From positions 16,410 to 80,409 of the forward strand of contig NZ_JTEV01000006.1 of assembly GCF_000786105.1 (NCBI RefSeq): DNA of 64,000 nt, in the 5' to 3' direction. This stretch comes from Bdellovibrio sp. ArHS. Lineage in GTDB: Bacteria; Bdellovibrionota; Bdellovibrionia; Bdellovibrionales; Bdellovibrionaceae. The notes under the pieces are model-generated. The model had not been told where the DNA came from. It ran no database searches and saw nothing but the letters and a program-made list of their open reading frames with translations. This document shows positions 9,742 through 18,904 of this stretch, piece after piece. A program made the translations under genes and the position numbers. The stretch's first letter is position 1; every line of letters begins with the position of its first letter.

Positions 9742-10416
9742 ATGAATTATCCTGCCAGTGTATGTATGGTTGGCGCATCGGGGCTCGTGGGACACGAGCT
9801 CCTTTTGCTTTTAGGGATTCTGGATGAAATCTCCACCGTGAAGGCCATAACCCGGTCCCCGCTGGGACGACTGCCTGTCGGAATTGAAAATATTCTTCTG
9901 GATTTCAACAAACTATCAAGCTATTCGGAAGTTTTGAAAGCTGATATTTTCGTCTGCTGCCTGGGCAGCACGATCAAAAAAGCTGGCAGTCCTGAAATGT
10001 TCCGCCAGGTCGATTACGACTATGTGGTTGAATTCGCTAAAATCGCTGAAAAAGTCGGAGCACAAAAGCTTCTGGTCATTTCGGCGATGGGCGCCGATGC
10101 AAACTCTGCCATTTTCTATAATCGTGTCAAAGGTGAAATGGAAAACGAATTGCGGCAGTTAAAGATCCCTCAGATTGAAGTCTTCAGACCTTCTTTGATT
10201 TTAGGAGATCGCAAAGAACACCGTCGCGGCGAAGAGATCGCACAGAAAATCAGTCCTCTTCTAAAACCACTTCTGGTGGGACCGCTGAAAAAATATCGGC
10301 CGATCACGGCCCGGGATATCGCCAAAGCCATGGCCATCGCGATTCTAAACTTTCACCCGGGCTTTCATGTTTATCCTTCGAACAAAATTCAAGAGATCGC
10401 CGATCAAATTCAGTGA
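9742..10416 (+). CDS. NAD(P)-binding oxidoreductase, atypical SDR (YraR/TIP30-like)
   Basis: GASGLVG Rossmann motif, CCLGSTIKKAGS, VDYDY, FYNRVKG; abuts the LDT stop codon. Confidence 0.9.
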   Translation: MNYPASVCMVGASGLVGHELLLLLGILDEISTVKAITRSPLGRLPVGIENILLDFNKLSSYSEVLKADIFVCCLGSTIKKAGSPEMFRQVDYDYVVEFAKIAEKVGAQKLLVISAMGADANSAIFYNRVKGEMENELRQLKIPQIEVFRPSLILGDRKEHRRGEEIAQKISPLLKPLLVGPLKKYRPITARDIAKAMAIAILNFHPGFHVYPSNKIQEIADQIQ

Positions 10417-10433
10417 GCGGCGTTTTTCACAGT

Positions 10434-11606
10434 TTACTGAAATAAAGAATCCACAAACTCTTGCGACGAGAAGGTGCGCAGATCCTGGATTCTTTCGCCA
10501 ACACCGATCAGCTTGATTGGAATTTGCAGTTCTTGCGCAAGACCCACGGCCACGCCACCCTTTGCCGTTCCATCCATTTTAGTCAGAACCGCACCCGTCA
10601 AGGTCAGCGCATTGTGAAATTCTTTGGCTTGCATTAGGGCGTTCTGACCCGAGTTGGCATCAAGAACGATTAAAGTTTCGTGCGGAGCTTCGGGGATGAC
10701 CTTCGCCATCACACGCTTCATTTTTTTGATCTCTTCCATCAGGTTGGCTTGCGTGTGCAGGCGTCCCGCCGTATCCACAATCACCACATCATAGTTTTGT
10801 GCTTTTCCCTTCGCGACGGCATCAAAGGCCACGGCGCTGGGATCGGTCACTCCCTCTGGAGAAAAGATTTCGACTTGGGCGCGGTCCGTCCAGACCTTCA
10901 ATTGACCGCCAGCGGCCGCCCGGAATGTGTCACCCGCCGCGACTAAAACTTTTTTACCCTGACTGGCCAACTGAGAAGATATTTTCCCGATCGAAGTGGT
11001 TTTTCCTGCACCATTCACTCCGACAATCATCAAAACCGTCGGTCCACTGTCGGCAAGTTTGATTTTTGCAAGAATACCCTGATCTGGTGAACCCGAATGA
11101 GAACCCGCGAAAATATTTTTGATTTCTTCTTTTAAAGCGGCGCGAACCGTGTCGTAATCGGCGCGCTCTTTTTTAGAAAGTTTGTCCTCTAACGCCGCCA
11201 TCAATCTTTGCACCGTTGTTGGACCTAAATCGCTGGTGTAAAGAATCTCTTCAATTTCTTCCAGATGGGCTTTACCAGAGTCGGTTTTAAAAAGACTGCG
11301 GATACGACCGAATAAATTCTCTTCCGTTTTTCTTAAGGCTTCTTTTAAATCGACGGACGGAGCTTCGAGATCAGAGACAATCTGGCCTGTGGAATCCACA
11401 TGCGCCAAGACGGCTTCTCTTTCCTCTTCCACGGTCGGCTCTGTCGGAAGGGGCATTTCTTTTTTGGCTTCATGGGGAAGTGCTTGGGACGGGCCGCGCG
11501 AACGTCGCCAAAAATTTAGAATGATGACGCCAAAAATAACGAAAAGAAGAAGACCTACAACGTAAAATAGAATTTCGATTTGTTGTGCATGTCCGGCTGA
11601 CATCAT
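10434..11606 (-). CDS. ftsY: signal recognition particle receptor FtsY with N-terminal TM anchor
   Basis: GVNGAGKTT, DTFRAAA, DTAGR and TKMDG SRP-GTPase motifs; ATG 11606 follows GGAGG. Confidence 0.97.
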   Translation of the reverse strand: MMSAGHAQQIEILFYVVGLLLFVIFGVIILNFWRRSRGPSQALPHEAKKEMPLPTEPTVEEEREAVLAHVDSTGQIVSDLEAPSVDLKEALRKTEENLFGRIRSLFKTDSGKAHLEEIEEILYTSDLGPTTVQRLMAALEDKLSKKERADYDTVRAALKEEIKNIFAGSHSGSPDQGILAKIKLADSGPTVLMIVGVNGAGKTTSIGKISSQLASQGKKVLVAAGDTFRAAAGGQLKVWTDRAQVEIFSPEGVTDPSAVAFDAVAKGKAQNYDVVIVDTAGRLHTQANLMEEIKKMKRVMAKVIPEAPHETLIVLDANSGQNALMQAKEFHNALTLTGAVLTKMDGTAKGGVAVGLAQELQIPIKLIGVGERIQDLRTFSSQEFVDSLFQ

Positions 11607-11688
11607 AAAATCCTCCAACGGTCTGCGTTATGATGGTTCATGAAACCATCTTTTCTATCGCATTTTCATCTTGGAGACTAGATGAATC

Positions 11689-11724
11689 TAAAAGCTAGGC
11701 CGCGTCTTTTGGCTGCGGCCTAGC
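11689..11724 (-). terminator. intrinsic terminator after mcp
   Basis: 10-bp stem GCTAGGCCGC/GCGGCCTAGC followed by TTTT on the minus strand. Confidence 0.75.
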
Positions 11725-11743
11725 ATTAAAAACAGGAGAGAAC

Positions 11744-13333
11744 TTAGAATCCTGAAACATTCCCGACTTTGCGGTCTGCGGGTTCTTCCAACGGAAGGAC
11801 ATTTTCCATTTCAGTTTTGCGTTTAGCCGCTGCCATTTTTACGGGAGCTTTGAAGGTTTTAAAGGCTTTTGCATGGGACGCAGATAAAGATCGATTTACC
11901 GCTCCGACACCTTGAACCAGCGTGCGTAAATCAATCACCAAATCGGCCAAGGCCACAGCCTGAGCTGACATTTCCTCGGAAGAAGCCGCCACCTCTTCTG
12001 AAGAAGCTGCGTTGCCCTGGGTCGCCTGGTCCAACTGATTCATGGCTTTGGAAATCTGCTCCAGACCGCTGGCCTGCTCTTGGCTGGCCACGGAAATTTC
12101 GTTATTCAGATCTGCCACTTTTTTCACAGAATTAACGATGTCATTCAAAACAGTACCACTTTGGCTGGCAACCCGAGCACCGTTTTCACTCTTCGCCACG
12201 TTATCGTGAATCAGAGATGTGATGTCTTTTGCGGCAGCGGCACTTCTTTGCGCCAAATTTCTGACTGCCTCGGCAACCACTGCAAAACCTTTTCCTTGTT
12301 CCCCCGCACGAGCCGCTTCCACCGCTGCATTGAGGGCCAAAAGATTTGTCTGGAAAGCGATATCATCAATCACGGTGATGATTTCTTCGATTTGTTTGGA
12401 ACCTTTGGCAATCTCTTCCATCGCGCCGATCAATTTGGTGATCTCACTTTCACCATGCTCTGCAGAATCTCTGGACTTCTGTGATAAAGCATTGGCCTCT
12501 TTGGCATGATCCGCATTCAACTTCACCATACTTGAAAGCTCCTCGATCGATGCCACGGTTTCTTCTAAAGACGCCGCGGCCTCGGAGGACCCTGAAGACA
12601 ACTGTTGGCTGGCCGCTGATAGCTGGGTGCCCGAGGCCGATGTCTGATCCGCAGAGTTCGAAATTTCTCCACTGATTCGAGTCAAAGATTTGGCCAAAGA
12701 CGTTGCAAAGATATAGCCCACAGATGTGGCCGCCAAAAAACCAACGGCAATCATAATTATTACCATCGTTTCACCACGCGCGGTGGTTTCCGCTGCCTGG
12801 ACCTTGGCATTCTTTACGGCCTCTTCATGAAAAACTAAAAGGTCTGAAAGAGCCTCATCATGATTGCGACGAAGCAGAGGAATTTCACCATCCAAGATTT
12901 TGTCGACAGAAGCCTGGTCTCCTTTAAGAGCCGCGGCCATCAGCTTCTCGCCACCTTCGACAAACTTTTTCCAAGCGGCGTCCACTTTAGAAAAAAGCGC
13001 TTCTTCATTGGGAAGAAACGGAACTTCCAAATATTTTTTAGTAAGGGTGTCATTAATGACGACAGAGTCTTTAAACTCGTCGTACCACTTTGTCGCTTCC
13101 TGAGGAGTTTTTGCCAAGCTTGCGCGAAGAATTGTTCGATTCAGCTCTTGGGCACGATAGCGAATTCGACCAATGCTATTTACATTTGGCAAGTTCTGGT
13201 TGGCGATAATACTATAGACACCGACCACCGACCGATTGGATTGCCAACCAATACCCCCGACCACCAATAGCAACATGGATATTCCCACAAAAGCCCAAAT
13301 CATCTTAGCTTTTAAGCTGAAGCGCGCAAACAT
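11744..13333 (-). CDS. mcp: methyl-accepting chemotaxis protein with four-helix-bundle periplasmic sensor
   Basis: Two TM helices and signalling hairpin [37 protein letters not shown]. Confidence 0.97.
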   Translation of the reverse strand: MFARFSLKAKMIWAFVGISMLLLVVGGIGWQSNRSVVGVYSIIANQNLPNVNSIGRIRYRAQELNRTILRASLAKTPQEATKWYDEFKDSVVINDTLTKKYLEVPFLPNEEALFSKVDAAWKKFVEGGEKLMAAALKGDQASVDKILDGEIPLLRRNHDEALSDLLVFHEEAVKNAKVQAAETTARGETMVIIMIAVGFLAATSVGYIFATSLAKSLTRISGEISNSADQTSASGTQLSAASQQLSSGSSEAAASLEETVASIEELSSMVKLNADHAKEANALSQKSRDSAEHGESEITKLIGAMEEIAKGSKQIEEIITVIDDIAFQTNLLALNAAVEAARAGEQGKGFAVVAEAVRNLAQRSAAAAKDITSLIHDNVAKSENGARVASQSGTVLNDIVNSVKKVADLNNEISVASQEQASGLEQISKAMNQLDQATQGNAASSEEVAASSEEMSAQAVALADLVIDLRTLVQGVGAVNRSLSASHAKAFKTFKAPVKMAAAKRKTEMENVLPLEEPADRKVGNVSGF

Positions 13334-13369
13334 ACTTTCTTCCCCTACTTGAGTTTAGATTTTTTGAAG

Positions 13370-13404
13370 ACGGTCAAATTCCACCAGTGGTGTATTTATA
13401 CCGT
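13370..13404. promoter_or_regulatory. 35-bp double operator, copy 1 (mcp leader)
   Basis: ACGGTCAAATTCCACCAGTGGTGTATTTATACCGT: two GGT-N8-ACC boxes separated by AGT; 29/35 identical to copy 2. Confidence 0.75.
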
Positions 13405-13416
13405 AATGCGCAGAGG

Positions 13417-13443
13417 TTATCGGAGCGATCCTCAAATTCTTAA
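13417..13443 (-). promoter_or_regulatory. sigma28 (FliA)-type promoter of mcp
   Basis: Minus strand TTAA-N15-TCCGATAA against consensus TAAA-N15-GCCGATAA, upstream of a chemoreceptor. Confidence 0.75.
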
Positions 13444-13458
13444 GCAGGTTGAAAAATA

Positions 13459-13683
13459 TTATTTAAAAAATTCAGATATCTCGACCCGGAAAGCCACGGC
13501 GAGTTTGTGAAGGGTGTAGAGACTGGGCGAGTGATCCCCCGCTTCTAACCGCTGGTAGTTGCGGAGATCAAAGCCAAAATCTTCCATTTTACGCTGAGAT
13601 AGACCTTTCGCCTTGCGGATTCTTTTTATGTTTTCCGCGATTCTCAACATCAGCTTCTGATATTTTGATTCAATAGACGCCAC
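13459..13683 (-). CDS. small XRE-family HTH regulator (controller/C-protein-like)
   Basis: 74 aa, GTG start; ENIKRIRKAKGLSQRKM...YQRLEAGDHSPSLYTLHKLAVAFRV is an HTH_3 pattern. Confidence 0.92.
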   Translation of the reverse strand: MASIESKYQKLMLRIAENIKRIRKAKGLSQRKMEDFGFDLRNYQRLEAGDHSPSLYTLHKLAVAFRVEISEFFK

Positions 13684-13701
13684 CTAATCAAGTTTATATA
13701 T

Positions 13702-13736
13702 ACGGTACAATTGTACCAGTGGTGTTCTTATACCGT
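13702..13736. promoter_or_regulatory. 35-bp double operator, copy 2 (XRE promoter)
   Basis: ACGGTACAATTGTACCAGTGGTGTTCTTATACCGT, containing the perfect palindrome GGTACAATTGTACC; 18 bp upstream of the XRE start. Confidence 0.78.
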
Positions 13737-13806
13737 CATTGGTCGAGATCATGATTTGTGAAAACACATATTGTCGAGGCCCCCAACGGGTGCGGCACGG
13801 CAGAAA

Positions 13807-15999
13807 TTAATGCTGCGCCATACGACGACGCTGCACTTCTTCTTTATAAAAGTTTCGTTCAAAGCGTCTGAAAGACTCTACGCGAACCTCAGATCCCAGA
13901 ACCTCTTTCATGCGCGCCAGGCTTTCTTTTTCCAAGACCCGCATTTTTTCTATGCCCTCTTTGATAAAATCTGGATGGATTTTGCTGCGTTTTTCGTGCA
14001 GCTCTTTCACTAAAGCGTTGGCCGTAGAAATCACCTGAATCGACTTATCCTCGTCGACACGCCAAGTTTTTAAAAGATACTGCGAGGCTGCGCGATAGAG
14101 TTTCTGCTGAAACTGCTCATCCGTATAAATTGCGGGATAGTTTCGGGTATAAATGACGGCATCCGTATAGGAGTCTTTGATCTCTTCGGCCTGTGGAGGA
14201 TTGAACTTACGCTTTTCCAAATCCTCTTGTCGTTTTTTGGCTTCTTGTGCAACCAGACTTTGCATCGGAGCCTGATCCGAGGACATTTTTTCAATGACCA
14301 CCTGACTGAAGAAATACACCAAAGCCCCCATCGCAAGCCCCACAGAGGCCCAACGCAGCTTTTCGGACTGGCGCTTCTTCAGCAAATCCACCGGCTTTGC
14401 CTGCAGGACCGTGGAAGACTGCGCCAAGGAGGCGACTTTTTCTTCGATGGCCTCTTTAATATGATTTTCCACTGTTGCAGAAATATTGCGCCACTGAGTC
14501 GGCTCCATCAGCAAGACAATCTCTTTTTCAACTGCCGCATGAATCTCTTTTATCAAAGAGGTCTTCTTTTGAATGACATCATGAAGAAGATCCTGTTCCA
14601 TTTTAAGCAGACGCTTGGACATTTCAAGACGCATTTCCTCCAGACGTTCTTCTTCGCTTTTAGCCATCTGGGACTTTTCTTTTTCCAGTTTTTCATTCAA
14701 AAATATTTTTTGCGCATCATACTCTTTGAACAAGTGTGACTTCTTTGCTTCTAGGTCACGCACATCCATACTTAAATGCGCTTGTTTTTCCTGAAGCGCT
14801 TGATTGGCTTCTTCCAGCTTTTTTTTATCTTGCGCAAACTGCTGCTGGGCCGCTTTCAGTTCATTCATTTTAGCCTCTTCAAGTTGAAGAAGCTCTCGGA
14901 TACGGGCTTCTTCACTGGCGTGCAGCTCTTGCAAGCGCTGGGCTTCACTTTTTAGCACGGCTTCCGCTCTTTGTTCTTCCAGGAAGCTCTTTTCTGCAAG
15001 TTCAAAGTTCTTTTGTTCAGCGTCTGCAAGAGCCGACTGAGCATTGCGAAGTTTGTCCTCCACTTCGATCAATTCCTTGGCCAAGACCTGCACCGCTTCT
15101 TGATTCAGCTTTAGTTTTTCTTGTACTTCTGAAGTCTGCAGCTGCGAAAATTCCAGAATACGCTGGGCTTCTTCACGGGCTCCCCGCAACAAGCCATCGG
15201 CCTCACTTTGCGCGGCCAGGCGACCGCTTTCCAAAGCCTCACTCTTCATCTTTTCTGCGGCCAAGGTGGCTTCCGAAATAAGATCCTCAGTATCTGTCTT
15301 GGCCTTGTCCTTCAAGGACTGCACATACATGTCGACTTCTTCACGCAGCTCTTGCGCCATCTTGCGGGCTTCGGTCAATAATTGGCGTCCCTGATTTTGA
15401 AAGTCGGACAAAATGGCATCGGCTTCTTTGTGGGCTTCTGCCATTCGCGTCTGATAAAAATATTCCGCCTGAGATTGGGCCTCTCGGGCTTTTTGATAGA
15501 TTGCCTGAACGCGCTTTTCTGCCTGCGTTTCACCTTCCAGAATAATTTGCGCGGCCTTGCGCTTGGCCTCGTGCAAAACCTTTTCAGCCTGAAACTGTGG
15601 AGTATTGGGCGGCGGCATGGCCACCGTATCCGGAAGAACCGGTTCTTCGCTGACAGCCACTTCTTCCGAAGATAAAGGCTCTTCCATTTCAGTGGTATTC
15701 AGATCGAAGGTCAGAAGATATTCGGAACGCCCCAATTGGATTTTATCGGCAAGGACCACATTGACCGGGGTCCCCTGGACAATCTTTGTCCCATTAATAA
15801 AGGTTCCATTGGAAGAATTTTTATCTTCAATCCAAATCTGGTTCCAACGACGACTGACCACCAGATGCACTCGACTGATATGATTATCGTTGAGGGCGAT
15901 ATCACAGTCGACAGAACGGCCGATGGTGAACGAGTCTTTGTTCACCTCTCGGCTGAGCACCTGATCCTTCCTTTGGATTGTGACAATAAACTTATTCAA
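13807..15999 (-). CDS. FHA-domain, long coiled-coil, single-TM protein
   Basis: FHA motifs FTIGRS, ISRVH and SSNGTFING; about 400 aa of E/Q/K/A-rich heptads; TM WASVGLAMGALVYFFSQVVI; C-terminal domain. Confidence 0.88.
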   Translation of the reverse strand: MNKFIVTIQRKDQVLSREVNKDSFTIGRSVDCDIALNDNHISRVHLVVSRRWNQIWIEDKNSSNGTFINGTKIVQGTPVNVVLADKIQLGRSEYLLTFDLNTTEMEEPLSSEEVAVSEEPVLPDTVAMPPPNTPQFQAEKVLHEAKRKAAQIILEGETQAEKRVQAIYQKAREAQSQAEYFYQTRMAEAHKEADAILSDFQNQGRQLLTEARKMAQELREEVDMYVQSLKDKAKTDTEDLISEATLAAEKMKSEALESGRLAAQSEADGLLRGAREEAQRILEFSQLQTSEVQEKLKLNQEAVQVLAKELIEVEDKLRNAQSALADAEQKNFELAEKSFLEEQRAEAVLKSEAQRLQELHASEEARIRELLQLEEAKMNELKAAQQQFAQDKKKLEEANQALQEKQAHLSMDVRDLEAKKSHLFKEYDAQKIFLNEKLEKEKSQMAKSEEERLEEMRLEMSKRLLKMEQDLLHDVIQKKTSLIKEIHAAVEKEIVLLMEPTQWRNISATVENHIKEAIEEKVASLAQSSTVLQAKPVDLLKKRQSEKLRWASVGLAMGALVYFFSQVVIEKMSSDQAPMQSLVAQEAKKRQEDLEKRKFNPPQAEEIKDSYTDAVIYTRNYPAIYTDEQFQQKLYRAASQYLLKTWRVDEDKSIQVISTANALVKELHEKRSKIHPDFIKEGIEKMRVLEKESLARMKEVLGSEVRVESFRRFERNFYKEEVQRRRMAQH

Positions 16000-16902
16000 T
16001 TAAGCACCCCGGGCGATCGCGGCCTTTCCAATTTCCTTATTCAGGGCGTCTTCCGCTAAGGCTTCGACGGCGTCGCGATGTTCGTCAAAGGGTTTTTCAT
16101 GTGCCGGAAAGTTATTGTTGTCGCTGCGATACCACAACAAATCCAATGCACTTTCAAAACGATCGACCATGGAAACGTACGCCCGTTCCGGTGACAAAAT
16201 CACATTCGTCACATGGGACATTAAAGAAAAAATAATACCCACGATCGAGGTTTTCATTGCAAATGAGATCTCATGAAGGAAGCGGTCCATGATATTTTTG
16301 GTGCTCTCCAAATCCTGAAGATTCATGGTTCCCAATTCTTGCAGACCGCCCGCAATACCGATAAAGGTTCCTAAGATACCGCCGACCACAAAAAGCCCCG
16401 GCAAAATAGAAATCAAATCATTCAACCCGACCATGGGGATCACGCCAAAAACACGATTGAAACAAGGATTATGTTGCAAAGTTGCTTTGGTGATATTGAG
16501 GAGTTTGGGATTGCCTTCGCTCCATTTTAAAAACTTCAATTGTTTTAAAATGTCTTTCACCAGCCAGGCACACCCTTGGCGGACCAAAAAGACACGGTCA
16601 CTTGTCGCCATAATTGAGTCTGGCTTACGGCGCTTCATACGATCACGAATTTCAAAAACCTCGTAATACGTTCTTTCCAAAAGCTTCTTGGCAAGAACAT
16701 AAAAAGAAACGTTCTGGGCTTTTCCCGGAATTTCACCTTCGATGAAATGATTCACGCGTTTTTCAAATTCTTTGGCAAACCACTCATGCCGACGGACGGT
16801 GTAATAAATCATGGCCCGGAAAAAAAAGCCGATCATGAACACGGCGCCCATCGCATATGGTAGAAATATAATAAAATACTCTGCTAAAGCTTTTGACGTC
16901 AC
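16000..16902 (-). CDS. MotA/TolQ/ExbB proton-channel family protein (ZorA-like TM core)
   Basis: LPGLFVVGGILGTFIGIAGGL...FAMKTSIVGIIFSL signature; stop codon abuts the FHA gene start. Confidence 0.85.
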   Translation of the reverse strand: MTSKALAEYFIIFLPYAMGAVFMIGFFFRAMIYYTVRRHEWFAKEFEKRVNHFIEGEIPGKAQNVSFYVLAKKLLERTYYEVFEIRDRMKRRKPDSIMATSDRVFLVRQGCAWLVKDILKQLKFLKWSEGNPKLLNITKATLQHNPCFNRVFGVIPMVGLNDLISILPGLFVVGGILGTFIGIAGGLQELGTMNLQDLESTKNIMDRFLHEISFAMKTSIVGIIFSLMSHVTNVILSPERAYVSMVDRFESALDLLWYRSDNNNFPAHEKPFDEHRDAVEALAEDALNKEIGKAAIARGA

Positions 16903-16911
16903 AACCCACCC

Positions 16912-18471
16912 CTATTTCTTTTGATCCATACTAAAACGAATGATCACTCGCTGCGCTTTTTTGCAGTCGTTCTGTTTACAAAACTCTGCCGCCGACGCGA
17001 CATTTCTGTTTTGCACCTTCATCACTTCAAGAAAGCTGCGTCCCGAAACCTTCATCAAACCCAAAAGTTCCTTTTGGTGTGCAAACGAGACATTCTGTTG
17101 ATCCAGCATATAGCTGAAAATGGAATTAGCGCGACGATAGCTAAGATCCATGTTGTATTTGATTGCGGCTTTATCTTCGGGTTTGCTACTTTGCGGGTCG
17201 ATAAAACGCCCCTGATACGTGGGTGAGGCAAAGCCAATCACTTCCACCGCCGAAATCTTGTCAGAGACCTTGGGATTGCCAAAAAGAGACTTCGAATAAA
17301 TCGGCATGGCCTTTTCAAGCACGCCCTTCATTTCCGCTTTCAGGCGGTCCGAGTCACTATCGAAGTAGGCTTGACCGAAATCCAGAACCACATCCCCCGT
17401 TTGCATATCAATGTCGGCTTTCACACCCGCTTTGGCGAAACCCCGTTGAATTTCTCCGGCCACCATTTTGCGCGCTTCAATTTCAGCCTTGGCCTTGGCC
17501 AGCTGTCCTTGGGTTTCCTGCAAAGCCCCTTGCAGGGCCGCGGCTCTTTGGGCTCCGGCCATACGCTCGGCCTGGGCCCGGGCTTCGGCGGCGGCCAGGC
17601 GTGCCTGCGCTTGGGCTTTGGTTTCTGCCAATTGCCCACTAAGACCGGCCACTTCTCCTTCTTTCTTAGCTAAAAGTCCTTGGGTTTTCGTCAGTTCCCC
17701 TTGAGCTTGGCCTAACTGCGTTGTCGCCTCTTGCAGCTGGGACTGATATTGAGCGTTCACTTGCGCCAGCTGTTGCACCTTTTGCTGACTTTCAGCTCGC
17801 GCCTGCGCCATCTTTTGTTCGAACAAGTTCTTCGTGATCTTGTTCATTTTGTAAGCGGCGCGAAGATCGTTCACCCGTTTCTGCAACACAGCCTGCGTCT
17901 GACGAATTTTAAGCTCGCCCTGAGCGATAAGTTGTTTTTTGTCCTGAATATCCTTATTCAGATCGGCAATCTGCGTTTCTTGTGTTTCAATTTCAACGTC
18001 TTGTTCTTTAATCAAGTCATCCCGATTGACTATTTTAGACTTCGCCATCTTATTGGCGTTAAGAACATTGCGCACCATCTGTTGGTACTTATTAAGTGCT
18101 TTGACTTTCTTTTCGTTTTCCAAAGCCTCTTGCACCAAGCGATCCTTTTCGGACTTGGCGTCTTCTTGCAAGAGAGTGAGCTTATCCATAAGCTCCTGAT
18201 ACTCTTGCGCTTCGTCCTTCGTGGCCTGATTAGCCAGATAATCGTTCTTGACTGATTCATACATCTTCAATTGATGCTCCAGCTCTTCGACTTTGATGGA
18301 TAGCTTTTGATTCTCAATCTGACTTCGCAACCCTTCAGTTCCCGTACGTAAACTCGCAGTCACATAAAGCAACAGGAAGATCGTGCTTAAACCCAAGAAC
18401 AAGTCCGAATACGACGTCCAAAAACTGTCTTGCGAATTATGGTCTTTACTCTTGTTGTAATTAAAAGACAT
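16912..18471 (-). CDS. MotB/ZorB-like protein: TM with conserved Asp, long coiled coil, C-terminal OmpA-like domain
   Basis: FWTSYSDLFLGLSTIFLLL TM; about 290-aa coiled coil; OmpA-like FDSDSDRLK...VIGFAS...NMDLSYRRA...RVIIRF. Start moved to ATG 18471. Confidence 0.85.
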   Translation of the reverse strand: MSFNYNKSKDHNSQDSFWTSYSDLFLGLSTIFLLLYVTASLRTGTEGLRSQIENQKLSIKVEELEHQLKMYESVKNDYLANQATKDEAQEYQELMDKLTLLQEDAKSEKDRLVQEALENEKKVKALNKYQQMVRNVLNANKMAKSKIVNRDDLIKEQDVEIETQETQIADLNKDIQDKKQLIAQGELKIRQTQAVLQKRVNDLRAAYKMNKITKNLFEQKMAQARAESQQKVQQLAQVNAQYQSQLQEATTQLGQAQGELTKTQGLLAKKEGEVAGLSGQLAETKAQAQARLAAAEARAQAERMAGAQRAAALQGALQETQGQLAKAKAEIEARKMVAGEIQRGFAKAGVKADIDMQTGDVVLDFGQAYFDSDSDRLKAEMKGVLEKAMPIYSKSLFGNPKVSDKISAVEVIGFASPTYQGRFIDPQSSKPEDKAAIKYNMDLSYRRANSIFSYMLDQQNVSFAHQKELLGLMKVSGRSFLEVMKVQNRNVASAAEFCKQNDCKKAQRVIIRFSMDQKK

Positions 18472-18694
18472 ACAGACGCACCCCACCTGCAACCAAGAAT
18501 AGCAGGGGTTCACGGAAGTCCTATGCCTCAAAAACAGAATCTTGTGTTTTTGTTTATTCAGGATTGTCGAACTCTTCGACGTTCGCAAATCCAGAACAAC
18601 ATTCCCGCGGATTATGAAAACTTTTTCGTCAGTGTCTGTTGTGATTCTGTCAAAGAATATGGCGGGAAATTTATATCGCTGAAAAATGCGTTCG

Positions 18695-18904
18695 CTAATG
18701 AGCAGGCTTCAGATGTGCTGTCTTATTTTTTGTTTGTTCGTCGCTTTTATAAGGACAATGACGGCAGCCTGAATTGCAACAAGAACCGCGACGTTGGTGA
18801 TAGATTTCCGTGAATACGAGATAACCAGTTTCCGGATCTTTATAAGTGTCTTTTCCTTCCTCGCAAGCTTTGCGATGAAGTTCATCAATATGATCAATTC
18901 CCAT
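18695..18904 (-). CDS. small Cys/His-rich protein (DUF5522-like)
   Basis: YKDPETGYLVFTE..H..RGSCCNSGCRHCPY motif. Confidence 0.8.
   Translation of the reverse strand: MGIDHIDELHRKACEEGKDTYKDPETGYLVFTEIYHQRRGSCCNSGCRHCPYKSDEQTKNKTAHLKPAH

Noticed and set aside
13370-13736. Repeats read as Xer dif/pdif or integron att sites
   Set aside because: There is a central GGTGTA, but no XerD arm (TTATGTTAAAT) and no recombinase nearby. The internal double-palindrome structure fits an operator better.
13807-18471. Canonical Zorya anti-phage system
   Set aside because: No ZorC/D/E-type genes, no long ZorA tail, and no defence-island context. Kept only as ZorAB-like.
18709-18897. 62-aa alternative-frame ORF overlapping the DUF5522-like gene
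   Set aside because: No motif; the 69-aa frame carries the conserved Cys pattern.
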